Source: Macrostomum hystrix (Eukaryota; Animalia; Platyhelminthes). From it: a stretch of DNA of 64,000 bases. The position numbers and the translations under genes were made by a program. The stretch lies in NCBI GenBank assembly GCA_950097015.1, contig CATNEN010000003.1, positions 4,402,001 to 4,466,000 of the forward strand, given 5' to 3'. Shown here one piece after another: positions 13,121 through 24,761 of this stretch. The stretch's first letter is position 1. Every line of letters begins with the position of its first letter. The notes under the pieces were generated by a model. The model made no database searches. It saw only the letters and a program-made list of their open reading frames with translations, and was not told where the DNA came from.

Positions 13121-13879
13121 TCTCCTCTATCCCCTCTTCTCTCTCTTCCTTCTCCTTTCTCCTCTCTCCCCTCTTATCTTTCCTCTTCTCTCCCCTCTCT
13201 CCCTTCTCTCGCTTCATATCTCTTAACACCCGCTTTACCTTTCGCAATCTCTTAATAATCTATGATTAGATTGTAATAATCCCCACTCTGTTTGTTTAGA
13301 TACAAAAGAAAAAAACTCTTCTCAGTTGCCTGTTATATCCAGCTGACTTATCTGTCACTTACTGCTTCGCCTAGGAGCAACTTCACCCTCATGTGACCAT
13401 CGTTTACCAAATGTACCTATAATAATGGACAAAAGTATGAAAGTTAAAATTTCGATAATTGTTACTTGTTAAGTAGTTACGCATTAGCAAAAAATTATTC
13501 GTATTTTTTTTCACACAAATAATTCTGCATGCAATATAGTTACAAAGCACTTTCTATATTTTGACATATCTGTTTGTCTTTTATACTTACTATATACTTA
13601 TACTTACTTACAAAAGGTATGAGAATTGTTTAATAAATAAAATTTTGTTTAACAGTTTTTGTTGCTTTAATTTTATATTCCAAAAACAATCGAGTAATTT
13701 TTCTAGTTATGAAATTTTAAATAATTTTTACCGTCTTTTTATTTTTAGGTCGTAGTTTATTTAAACTGCGTTTAATTAGCAATTGTAGGCGAGGTTGATT
13801 AGGACAAAAATAATTAGGATTTGTAAAATTTACCTGCTGAATTTAGTCAGACAACAAGATACGGGTGGTAGAGCTCGAT

Positions 13880-15185
13880 GCTGAAGCTTCAGGTGGTGCA
13901 GACTGATTCTGAAGCTTCAGGTGGTAGAAACTGATTCTGAAGCTTCAGGTGCTAGAGCTCGATACTGAAGCTTCAGGTGCTAGAGCTTGATAATGAAGCT
14001 TCAGGTGCTAGAGCTCGATAATGAAGCTTCAGGTGCTAGAGCTCGATACTGAAGCTTCAGGTGCTAGAGCTTGATAATGAAGCTTCAGGTGCTAGAGCTC
14101 GATAATGAAGCTTCAGGTGCTAGAGCTTGATAATGAAACTTCAGGTGCTAGAGCTTGATACTGAAGCTTCAGGTGCTAGAGCTTGATAATGAAGCTTCAG
14201 GTGGTAGAAACTGATACTGAAGCTCCAAGTGGTAGAAACTGATACTGAAGCTTCAGGTGCTAGAGCTCGATAATGAAGCTTCAGGTGCTAGAGCTCAATA
14301 CTGAAGCTTCAGGTGGTAGAAGTTGGTACTGAAGCTTCAGGTGGTAGAAACTGATTCTGAAGCTTCAGGTGGTAGAAACTGATACTGAAGCTCCAAGTGG
14401 TAGAAACTGATACTGAAGCTTCAGGTGGTAGAAACTGATACTGAAGCTTCAGGTGGTAGAGCTCGATACTGAATTTTCAGGTGCTAGAGTTCGATACTGA
14501 AGCTTCAGGTGCTAGAGCTCGATACTGAAGCTTCAGGTGCTAGAGCTCGATACTGAAGCTTCAGGTGCTAGAGCTCGATAATGAAGCTTCAGGTGCTAGA
14601 GCTTGATAATGAATCTTCAGGTGCTAGAGCTTGATACTGAAGCTTCAGGTGCTAGAGCTCGATACTGAAGCTTCAGGTGCTCGACCTCAATACTGAAGCT
14701 TCAGGTGCTAGAGCTCGATACTGAAGCTTCAGGTGCTAGAGCTCGATACTGAAGCTTCAGGTGCTAGAGCTTGATAATGAAGCTTCAGGTGCTAGAGCTT
14801 GATACTGAAGCTTCAGGTGCTAGAGCTTGATAATGAAGCTTCAGGTGGTAGAGCTCGATACTAAAGCTTTAGGTGGTAGAAGTTGGTACTGAAGCTTCAG
14901 GTGGTAGAAACTGATTCTGAAGCTCCAAGTGGTAGAAACTGATACTGAAGCTCCAAGTGGTAGAAACTGATACTGAAGCTTCAGGTGGTAGAAACTGATA
15001 CTGAAGCTTCAGGTGGTAGAAACTGATACTGAAGCTTCAGGTGGAAGAAACTGATACTGAAGCTTCAGGTGCTAGAAACTGATACTGAAGCTCTAAGTGG
15101 TAGAAACTGATACTGAAGCTTCAGGTGGTAGAAACTGATACTGAAGCTCCAAGTGGTAGAAACTGATACTGAAGCTTCGGGTGGT
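13880..15185. repeat. 28-bp tandem satellite (gaagcttcaggtgctagagctcgatact)
   Basis: Direct inspection. Two sub-variants (gctagagctc and ggtagaaact). Confidence 0.95.
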
Positions 15186-15542
15186 GGAACTTGACTTAAA
15201 AGCTTCAGACAGTCTAACCTGATCTTATAGCTTAATGTGGTATTATCTTAATAATGAAGCTTCAAGTTTTTAATATTTTACCCTATTATCAATTTAGTTC
15301 TTTGACGTAAATGATATGTAGTTTTACCGATGCTGTAATTATTGACTTTTCTAATTACAGATCACGAAATCGTGGGAATAGAGAAAATCTTTTTTAACTT
15401 TGTGATTTGACATAAAAAGCATTCGAATTACAAGACGCCAGCAATAAGAAAATATAAATGAACTAAAATCATTTGCCACATTTAACAGAGATCAATAGGC
15501 TCTGAGTTCCTAGCTAAGGTTTGTCTAACCCTCTGGTTAAGC

Positions 15543-18500
15543 ATGACCGGAACTGTTAATCAAGCTGACGATTTTTTTAACGACGTTGAAGGAGACGCGT
15601 TACTGGCTTCAATTGATCTAGATTCCCTGCTGCAAGCTGAAAGTAGTGACAATGATAAGAGAACAGCATCTGAGAAGCCTACAGTGGAGATGAGAACAGC
15701 ATCTGAGAAGCCTACAGTGGAGATGAGAACAGCATCTGAGAAGCCTACAGTGGAGATGAGAACAGCATCTGAGAAGCCTACAGTGGAGATGAGAACAGCA
15801 TCTGTGAAGCCTACAGTGGAGATGAGAACAGCATCTGTGAAGCCTACAGTGGAGATGAGAACAGCATCTGTGAAGCCTACAGTGGAGATGAGAACAGCAT
15901 CTGAGATGAGAACAGCATCTGAGAAGCCCACAGTGGAGATAAGAACAGCATCTGAGAAGCCTACAGTGGAGATGAGAACACCATCTGTGAAGGCTACAGT
16001 GGAGATAAGAACACCATCTGTGAAGCCCACAGTGGAGATGAGAACAGCTTCTGAGATGGGAACAGCATCTGAGAAGCTTACAGTGGAGATGAGAACAGAT
16101 AAGAAGATTTCAAGTTCTGAACAGTCGTTGTCAATAGTTTCAAGTGGACGTCGCGAGTTCGATTTCCCTTTCGAGCCTTACCCAATTCAGCTGCAACTGA
16201 TGCGACGCCTTCATGCCACATTATCCAGTGGACAGCGAGCTGGGATTTTTGAGTCGCCCACTGGTACAGGGAAGAGTCTTAGTCTGCTGTGCGCTTGCCT
16301 AACATGGCTTAGCGAGGAGTATGACAGGTGAATGTTTTGTGCAAATACACACTGCCTGCTCACAAACCGAATGACTGACTTTCGTAAAAGTCCACCTTTT
16401 GGATATAATTTTCCGCCCTACGATGAACTAACTTTCAAAGCCATCCGAGTCAGCATCGTCGATATATTCAGCGATTCTTGTCAACGACCCTGATGACAAG
16501 AAAAACCAACATTGCTCTCGCGAATCCATATTAGCTCATGAATGAAAGAAAACTATTTAATCATTCCAAAATTACGATACCGACATGGTTACATGATGTA
16601 ATTTTGTATTCAGAAAAATGCCTTAATTTTTGGTTCTTGCCACCAGACACTGACAAGAATCGTTGAATATCTCGGACTCGGCTCATAAGTTTACAGATAT
16701 CTAATTCATTACATTCACAGACAAAGACGCTCTCTCAGCGATCTGACACTGGCATCAGCAAACTCAGCTTCAACAACAGCAGCAGCAGCGCCACCAGATG
16801 ATTGGATAGCGGAATTCGCTGCCAGAAAAAATATTCAACGTCAGCTTGATGTTGAACGTGAAAAACTTGAAGCCCGTCAGACTGCATTGCAAATATTGGT
16901 TAAAATTCGGACTGGCGTAGAACCAGATGACGATCTAGGTGGCGACGCAAACGACCATCTCCTAGACGTCGAAGCTGAAGGTGACGAGGATCAAAATTCG
17001 ACAGCGATTGAGCCGACAAAGATTCTATTCGCATCTCGGACTCACTCGCAGCTGTCCCAGGTGCGCAAAGAGTTTTGTCGCACGGCGCACGCCGACCGAC
17101 TGTCGGCTGTTAGTTTGGCCGCTCGCAATTGTCTGTGCGTCAATGCCGACGTTTTAGCCTTGGGCGCTTCCGCCCTGATCAACGAGCGCTGCTTAGAGTT
17201 GCGAAGAAAATCAACAGGCAAGAAGAAAGGTACGAAGCTAGATAGATAGACAAAATACACATATCCCTGTTGCGCCAGATTTACTTCCAGTGGCACAGCC
17301 GTAGCTATTGCGTGGCTTATCCAAAGACTCTACAACAGTTCAGTCCATGGACTAAACTTTTTAAAAGCTGTCCGAAGTAAACATAGGTGATTATGCTCTT
17401 GATACTTAGCGTTAACATGTGCTAATGGAAGTTCAAATCGATCTAACCCGGAAAAATATTGTGTCCGCAAGAAAGCTTGACTGTATCAAACTGTAAAATG
17501 CTTATGAGCATCAGCTGGTACAGAAATTTCAATGGCTTCGGAGGCTCCCCAGTCCGTGGACTAACAGCTGTACACAGCCCCTGGAAGCGCTGCGCGATGG
17601 CCTCTGACTGTTTATCTGGCTCAACTGGCTTATCTATGTCTATGTATCAATTAAACAAGTGGATTAATTGCTTTCACGCAAAAAGTGGGCCTTGAGTTGT
17701 CCCAGTTAACTTTTCAGCAATGTAAGGGATTTAACAGTAGGAAGACCACGGAGCTATTTCAAATACCCACTGCCTAATTCACAATAGCTCCCAAACGAAA
17801 TGACCGATTTATGTGAGGGGGTTGTATCAAACTTTTTTGCCCTTTACGATCAACTAACTTACAAAGCTGTCCGACGTTCAGCATCTTCGAGATATTCAGC
17901 GGTTCTTGCCGAAGACCCTGTTGACAAGGAAAACTAACATCGGTCTGTTAAAACTCCTTGGAGAAATTTAGCCCGTGTTCTTCATAGTAATTGGTTGAAT
18001 ATTTTTGAAGATACAAAAAACAAAAATTGTGGGCATCTGAAATATCCCCCTTGTCTTTCTACTATTGAGTAGTTTAGGCGCTTTGAGCAGTCTCGGTGAC
18101 CTGAACAAAAAATCCTTAACAATCCGCAGATCCGGCCCAAGAGAAAGAGAACAATAGTAATGGCGGAAAATCGCCGCCTGCTAAGCGACCTCGAGTCGCT
18201 GCCAAAGAAGCAAGCTGCGGCGGCTGTCCTTATTATCGCCGCTCGGCCATAGACAGTTTGGCTCGGGTAGCCCTACGCGGCCCGCCATTGGATATTGAGG
18301 ATCTGACCAGAATGGGTAAGGAACAGCGCGCATGTCCGTATTACGCGGCGCGCCGAGCTGCCCCTCTAGCCCAACTGGTTCTGCTGCCCTATCAGACTCT
18401 GCTGCATCGGGGCACCAGATTGGCTACCGGTTTAAATCTTCGCGATCACGTGCTTGTGATCGACGAGGCGCACAATTTATTAGAGACTTTAGCCGGTGTG

Positions 18501-21500
18501 CACAGTGTCTGCTTGACTATTGGACACCTTCGCTTGGCAGCTACTCAATTAGCCGATTATGAGACTCGCTACTTAAGTAGATTAGCGCCGCAGAATCTAC
18601 TGATGGTGCGTCGAACTCGTCTAGTTGCTAAGCAACTATTGGCCGCTTTAGATAGCGACTCTACAGATTCAAAATCTTCTATTCAATGCAGCTCTAACTT
18701 GGCGTCGACTGGTACGACTGTTCGTCGATTTGTTCCTTCCGTTTCTCCGGCTCGCACTTCTTCCAGTTTAGTTACCGGTGCTTCAGCTTCTCCGGCTCGC
18801 ATTTCTTCCGGTCTAGCTACCGGTGCTTCCGCTTCTCCGGCTCGCATTTCTTCCGGTCTAGCTACCGGTGCTTCCGGTTCCATGGTAAAGGTTTTTGGCG
18901 TTACCGAATTTCATCTACACTGCGGCATCGACAATGTCGATCTGCCGGATCTTTTGCGGCGCCTTCGTGAAGCTCGCCTGTCTAGAAAAGTCGGCGACGG
19001 TGGTGGCAGTAGCTGCGGCGACGGAGCTAGTGGAAAGAAGAACGGCAGCGGATCCGGCGAAGGAAAGCAGGCTCCGCTTCTGCAGCTGCAGGTCTGCCAA
19101 TCATGACCCAGACCTACCATGACCCAGTCTTACCATGACCCAGTCTTACCATGACCCATTCGTACCATAATCCAGTCATACCATGACCCAGTCATACCAT
19201 GACCCTGTCATACCATGACCCTGTCATACTATGACCCTGTCATACCATGACCCTGTCATACTATGACCCTGTCATACCATGACCCTGTCAAATCTTGACC
19301 CAGTCAAATCTTGACCCAGTCGTAACATGACCCAGTTATAACATGACCCAGTAACACCATGACCCAGTTATACCATGACCCAGTTTTACAATGACCCAGT
19401 CACACTGTGACCCAGTCACACCATGACCCTGCCATACCATGTCCCAGTTATACCCATGACCAAAATCTTACAATGACCTAGTCATTTTACTCACACTTAC
19501 TAACTGCAATGATCCGCAGGCATTCCTAACCGCCCTGCTTGACGCAGACGAAGACGGTCGAGTCCTTCTACAGCCAGGTGTACACCTGAAGTACCTGCTA
19601 TTGAATCCCGCTTCACACTTTGCCGAAGTTGTCCAACAGGCTCGCTGTGTTATCCTGGCTGGTGGCACAATGCGACCAGTTGATGATCTAATCACTCAGC
19701 TGTTTGTTCCTGCGGGATTCAGTCAAGTTAGTACTATAAGTAGTGTAGATTATATTATATGAAATCTTCTTCCTAACCAAATTTCTAACCAATCTAACAA
19801 GAGGTAATAAAAACTTACTCAACTACTGTCCAATCAGAAGAATTACGTTAAAAATCCCACTCGTTTTCTGTCCAATCAGACGAGGCCTCCTAAAAAACCT
19901 TACTCTTCTCCTGTCCAATCAGACGAGGCCTTCTAAAAACCCTACTCTTTTCCTGTCCAATCAGACGAGGCCTTCTAAAAAACACTACTCATTTCCTGTC
20001 CAATCAGACGAGGCCTTCTAAAAACAACCCGCTTCCTGTCCAATCAGACAAGGCCATCTAAAAAAGATTACTCATTTCCTGTCCAATCAGACGAGGCCTT
20101 CCAAAAGCCGACCAAATATATGCGCTCCAATCTTCCCAACCAGGTTGAACTGTTCTCATGCGGTCATGTGGTCTCAAGGGACAACGTCCTAGCTCTAGTT
20201 GTCGGCCAGCACAATGGCAACAATTTAACATTTACTCAAGCTGTTAGAAGTCAGGCGGATGCCCTAACAGCCGCAGGCGAAGCCCTGGTCAGTCTGCTGT
20301 CCGTCACGCCAGCCGGTGCTGTTGTATTCTTTCCGTCGCACGACTGGGAATCCGCGGCTCACGCCCGTTGGCAATCGGACGGCAGTCTGGCCAGACTCTG
20401 TCAGCGTAAGCGACTGTTTCGCGAGCCACGCGCAGCAGCCGATGTTGAACCGCTGTTGCAGAGATATCAGGCCGCCGCGGTCAGTAGCGATGGCAACGGC
20501 GCCGTCATGTTCGCTGTGGTTGGCGGCCGATTATCGGAGGGGATCAACTTTGCCGATGACTATGGCCGGTGCGTTGTTATGCTCGGCATGCCTTATCCGA
20601 ATAAGGGCTCGCCTGAGCTGATTGAAACTATGGCCTACCTGTCTGCCAGGTGAGGCTGCTTTCAATCATAATCCACTGTTTTGTATTCCCCATGATGCTT
20701 TAAAAATTCCCAAACCCTAGTTTCAGATTCTAATTCCCTTAGGTAAGGAATTAATAATCGCCTAATTATTTACAGATCCCACTCCCACATGTGCCATATC
20801 CCAATTTACTGATCTCATATCCCACTCTACAGATTCTTAATCCCCTAAATTCAGATTCAAAGTCTCCCAAATTTAGAGATACCAAATCCTCAAAATACAG
20901 ATCCCAAATCCTTAAAATAGAGATCCCAAATCCTTAAAATACAGATCCCAAATCCTCAAAATACAGATCCCAAATCCTTAAAATAGAGATCCCAAATCCT
21001 CTAAATACAGATCCCAAATCCTCTAAATACAGATCCCAAATCCTCTAGATTCGAAATCCTCTAAATACAGATTCGAAATCCTCCAAGCACAGATCCAAAA
21101 TCCCCTAAATACAGATCCCAAATCCTCTAGATTCGAAATCCTCTAAATACAGATTTGAAATCCCCTAAATACAGATCCCAAATCCTCAAAATTCAGATCC
21201 CAAATCCTCTAGATTCGAAATCCTCTAAATACAGATTCGAAATCCTCTAAATACAGATTCGAAATCCTCCAAACACAGATCCGAAATCCTCTAAATACAG
21301 ATCCCAAATCCTCTAAATACAGATCCCTAATTTCTCTCGAAAACTGCCCATCTCAGGTTCGGCCCAAACGCTGGCCGGGCCCACTATGAGATTCTTTGCA
21401 TGCGTGCTGTCAACCAGTGCATCGGTCGGGCCATCCGACATCGCGCCGACTATGCCGCAATCGTCCTCCTAGATAGTCGCTACTCCCGGCCCGCTGTGCG

Positions 21501-21615
21501 TGCCAAACTGCCTGACTGGATTAGCCAATCCTTGCTGCCGCAATCGTTTGAATCCGGCTTGGCCGCCAAAAAACTGACACAATTTTTTGCGATTAAAAAG
21601 GCTGATAATTCTTAG
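15543..21615 (+). CDS. DDX11: DDX11/ChlR1 Fe-S DNA helicase. Exons 15543-16327, 16721-17229, 18130-19091, 19520-19726, 20144-20649, 21357-21615
   Basis: [26 protein letters not shown] (motif I), [80 protein letters not shown]. All GT-AG phases join in frame. Confidence 0.93.
15658..16098 (+). repeat. 33-bp in-frame tandem repeat ([11 protein letters not shown])n in DDX11 exon 1
   Basis: gaacagcatctgagaagcctacagtggagatga, ~13 copies. Confidence 0.9.
16420..16690. mobile_element. Degenerate MITE/foldback-like dispersed repeat (related arms at ~17840-17940, ~30020-30095, ~32915-32962)
   Basis: Imperfect inverted arms at ~16440-16512 and ~16625-16683. The motif ttcttgccaccagacac..aatcgttgaatatctcg recurs in GS introns. 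Confidence 0.45.
19103..19462. repeat. 16-bp minisatellite (ccatgacccagtcata), DDX11 intron 3
   Basis: Direct inspection. Confidence 0.9.
19825..20105. repeat. ~41-46-bp minisatellite (ctgtccaatcagacgaggccttctaaaaa...), DDX11 intron 4
   Basis: Direct inspection, ~7 copies. Confidence 0.85.
20880..21328. repeat. 22-bp minisatellite (aaatacagatcccaaatcctct), DDX11 intron 5
   Basis: Direct inspection. Confidence 0.9.
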
Positions 21616-21804
21616 AAAAATTGTCCTAGCTAATCCCGAGAGATCTAGGTGCTACTTAGCCTGCTTAAAGCATTTCCATTGCTGCTTATGTGCAATTTAC
21701 CTTTTCCAGAAAATTTTCTTTTATGATCATTTTGTTCCAACGGCAAATCTCATGGATTTATATGTTTACTTTAATCCTCATCTTGGCTTGTTTGTTAATT
21801 GCCA

Positions 21805-21810
21805 AATAAA
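21805..21810 (+). promoter_or_regulatory. Putative polyadenylation signal of DDX11
   Basis: AATAAA 190 nt after the stop, followed by a T-rich tract (~21850-21890). Confidence 0.45.
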
Positions 21811-21891
21811 ATCTCTACTGTTCAATTTATCGGGGATTTTAAGACCTTTGTTTTATTGTTTAGACCAATGCATTTGTTTCTTTTTGTGTTG

Positions 21892-22570
21892 ACAGCCACA
21901 GTGAATGCGTGAATAGTTGTTGAGAATGTGTGAACAGCCACAGTGAATGCGTGAACGGTTGTTAAGAATGTGAACAGTCACAGTGAATGCGTGAATGGTT
22001 GTTGAGAATGTGTGAACAGCCACAGTGAATGCGTGAATAGTTGTTGAGAATGTGTGAACAGCCACAGTGAATGCGTGAATAGTTGTTGAGAATGTGTGAA
22101 CAGCCACAGTGAATGCGTGAATAGTTGTTAAGAATGTGTGAACAGCCATAGTGAATGCGTGAACGGTTGTTAAGAATGTGTGAACAGCCACAGTGAATGC
22201 GTGAACGGTTGTTAAGAATGTGTGAACAGTCACAGTGAATGCGTGAATGGTTGTTAAGAATGTGTGAACAGCCATAGTGAATGCGTGAACGGTTGTTAAG
22301 AATGTGTGAACAGCCACAGTGAATGCGTGAATGGTTGTTGAGAATGTGTGAACAGTCACAGTGAATGCGTGAATAGTTGTTGAGAATGTGTGAACAGTCA
22401 CAGTGAATGCGTGAATAGTTGTTGAGAATGTGTGAACAGTCACAGTGAATGCGTGAACGGTTGTTAAGAATGTGTGAACAGTCACAGTGAATGCGTGAAT
22501 GGTTGTTGAGAATGTGTGAACAGTCACAGTGAATGCGTGAATGGTTGTTAAGAATGTGTGAACAGCTAAA
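21892..22570. repeat. 42-bp tandem repeat between DDX11 and the WD40 gene
   Basis: cacagtgaatgcgtgaatagttgttgagaatgtgtgaacagc, ~16 copies. Confidence 0.95.
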
Positions 22571-22668
22571 GTGAATGCGTTAATGGTTTCTGTCTGTGAA
22601 CATTTAAACGAGTGTTAATTGAAGTAATTAAATTCTAGGAAAATGTTTCAACTTGATCTATTTTTTAG

Positions 22669-23961
22669 TCTGCCCAAATCGACCAGCCGGATCTGACGGC
22701 TGATAAACAGCAGCAGCAGCAGTGTCAGCCCGATAGCTATAGCACATGTCGCCAGTTGCTAGTTGAGCGTGCTCACCGGTTTGAGTCTATCTCCATTGCC
22801 GACGATGTTGGCTACGCCGATGCCGAATCTGACGGTCTCAATGGCGATGATATCGCTAGCGTTGCCGCCAGCCAGGGCCCTGTGATAGCCATGGCTGTGA
22901 ACACTCTCAATGGCCCATTGTGGCAAGGTCGGGTGTTGTTCTTGCGGCTATCGGCGCCGTCCTTCAACAGTTCGGCAACTCCAGCCTGCGCCTCGCTTAT
23001 TCTGGACGGTCCTCTTGGCTCTGACAAGGTTCAGCAAGTCAGCATCAGCGACTGCTGCTTCCTGCCGATGAGGCGCGGCGGCCGCCGCCTGCTAGCTCTG
23101 GCCGGCGACGATGGCAGCGTCGGCGTTGTCAGCAATCCCCTGGCTGGAGAACGAACCTACAGTGTCAGGACTGAACACAATGTCGGCGTGGCATGCTTGG
23201 CACCGATTTTCGACACCGTTGTCGATAATTATCGATTTGTATCGATTAGCGATCGGCAGGCCAAACTGTGGCAGGTTGAACCGGACGGCGAGCTGGTCTC
23301 CTTGAACACCTGGACGGCTGCGACCTACGGCGAATCGACCTTATTATCGGCGTCGGCTGCCAACACTCGGCAGCGACTGGCCACCTGCGGCGGTGACGGT
23401 CGCGTCCGGGTGTGGGATCTGCGCCATCAGCAATCGGCGACTGCGGCGGCTTCGGCCGCTCTGCCTGGCAACGCCGGTTGCTATGCGCGCTGTCTAGACT
23501 GGTTGGACGATGATCGCCTGGTTACTGGCGGCATTGATGGCCGTCTGAGGCTGCACGATCTGCGTCAGCTGACATCGGCAGCTGTTGAAGCAGATTCGAT
23601 GACGCCCTCGGGGACTCGAGTTCGTTGCTGCGGCGGCAGCGTCGTCGGTTCGTCGTTGGTTGCAATGGCAACTAGCAAAGGCGACGTTCGCGTTTTCGAT
23701 TTGGCCAACTCCGGCTTGGACAGTCGCGTCGAGGATTCGTCGATCCCGTCGACGTCTCGGCGTGTTGAACTGCCTCCGACGTCGGCAATGGTCGATGTAG
23801 GGGATCTGGTGGTCGGCGGCTTAGCCTGGATCAACGGCCAGTCACTGGCTTTGAGTCGCGGTCGAAATCTGATGCTGGGAGTAGAAAAAGACGAAAGCAA
23901 GTCTGCCTGGTCGTGTACGACCTTATCGGTGCCGCAGCTAATGTACGCTCTATCTGCTTAG
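22669..23961 (+). CDS. WD40-repeat protein, WDR77/MEP50 (methylosome protein 50)-like; single large exon starting at a splice acceptor
   Basis: Open frame from acceptor ttttttag|TCT (22669) to TAG 23961. WD motifs LATCGGDGRVRVWDLR and LVTGGIDGRLRLHDLR. AMAVNTLNGPLWQGRVLFL resembles the MEP50 N-terminal LLGASSLSGRCWAGSLWLF. WD40 is secure; MEP50 orthology is tentative. Confidence 0.75.
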   Translation, partial: SAQIDQPDLTADKQQQQQCQPDSYSTCRQLLVERAHRFESISIADDVGYADAESDGLNGDDIASVAASQGPVIAMAVNTLNGPLWQGRVLFLRLSAPSFNSSATPACASLILDGPLGSDKVQQVSISDCCFLPMRRGGRRLLALAGDDGSVGVVSNPLAGERTYSVRTEHNVGVACLAPIFDTVVDNYRFVSISDRQAKLWQVEPDGELVSLNTWTAATYGESTLLSASAANTRQRLATCGGDGRVRVWDLRHQQSATAAASAALPGNAGCYARCLDWLDDDRLVTGGIDGRLRLHDLRQLTSAAVEADSMTPSGTRVRCCGGSVVGSSLVAMATSKGDVRVFDLANSGLDSRVEDSSIPSTSRRVELPPTSAMVDVGDLVVGGLAWINGQSLALSRGRNLMLGVEKDESKSAWSCTTLSVPQLMYALSA

Positions 23962-24078
23962 TCTAGATCTATAATTTATCTAGTTTGTTTACGTTAGCAA
24001 CCAGGATTTTTTGTCTAATTAGCTAGCCTATTGACTTATATAAGCTTATGATAATTGTTAATTTAAAATCATTGCTTG

Positions 24079-24225
24079 CCCTAGCAACCAACGTTTATCC
24101 TAGCAACTAATGAGTTCTAATCTTTTGAGAATTACCCTAGCAACCAACGTTTATCCTAACAACTAATGGATTAAAATCTATTGAGAATTACCCTAGCAAC
24201 CAACGACTATCCTAGCAACTAATGA
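24079..24225. repeat. 56-bp tandem repeat, ~3 copies
   Basis: ccctagcaaccaacg at 24079, 24135 and 24191. Confidence 0.8.
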
Positions 24226-24599
24226 GTTCCTTTAAGTCATTGCATTTCTCTTCATTGCTTACTTAATAGTAGTATAAGTATATGCTGCCTTAATATAGTT
24301 TACCTAGGAGCTGAATAATTTAAATCAATTGAATAACTTTTACTTTGTTATTTTGCTAAATCGCGTTACTAACTATACAGCTTGTCAATATTATTATGAA
24401 AAAAACTGAAGTTATAATGCAGCATTTCATCTTGAATTACATGCTAATTGATATCGATTTAATTAGTTCTCAACTATTTGAGGTCATTACAAGTAAGGAC
24501 TAAAAACATATTATTTTGTCTGTCTTGTCACTATTATTTATCGGCTGATTCTCAATCTTTGTTATTTTCTAATAAACAATAGATTATTATTAGGCTTGG

Positions 24600-24750
24600 C
24601 GTGTGTGCTTAGACAGTGTCTGTGTGTGCGTGTGTGCTCAGGAGTCAGCGGAATTGGCGGAATTGTGAGCATATTGGCATTTGGTAATCCTCGCTGGCGG
24701 TGAGCCTACGGTCACAAAATGATGTGCCAGTGCCTGCAGCCAGCCTACAG
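24600..24750 (+). mobile_element. Partial (3' part) SINE copy, same family as 51456-51779
   Basis: gtgtgctcaggagtcagcg..cctcgctggcgg..gtcacaaaatgatgtgcca..tgcagcc is the diverged reverse complement of the SINE body. Confidence 0.5.
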
Positions 24751-24761
24751 ATACTAAAATA

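Noticed and set aside
12365-13255. Pro/Ser-rich extensin-like ORF
   Set aside because: Translation of a pyrimidine-rich minisatellite.
22643-22697. ATG at 22643 as the start of the WD40 gene
   Set aside because: Out of frame; adding a T to the homopolymer to restore the frame would create a TAG.
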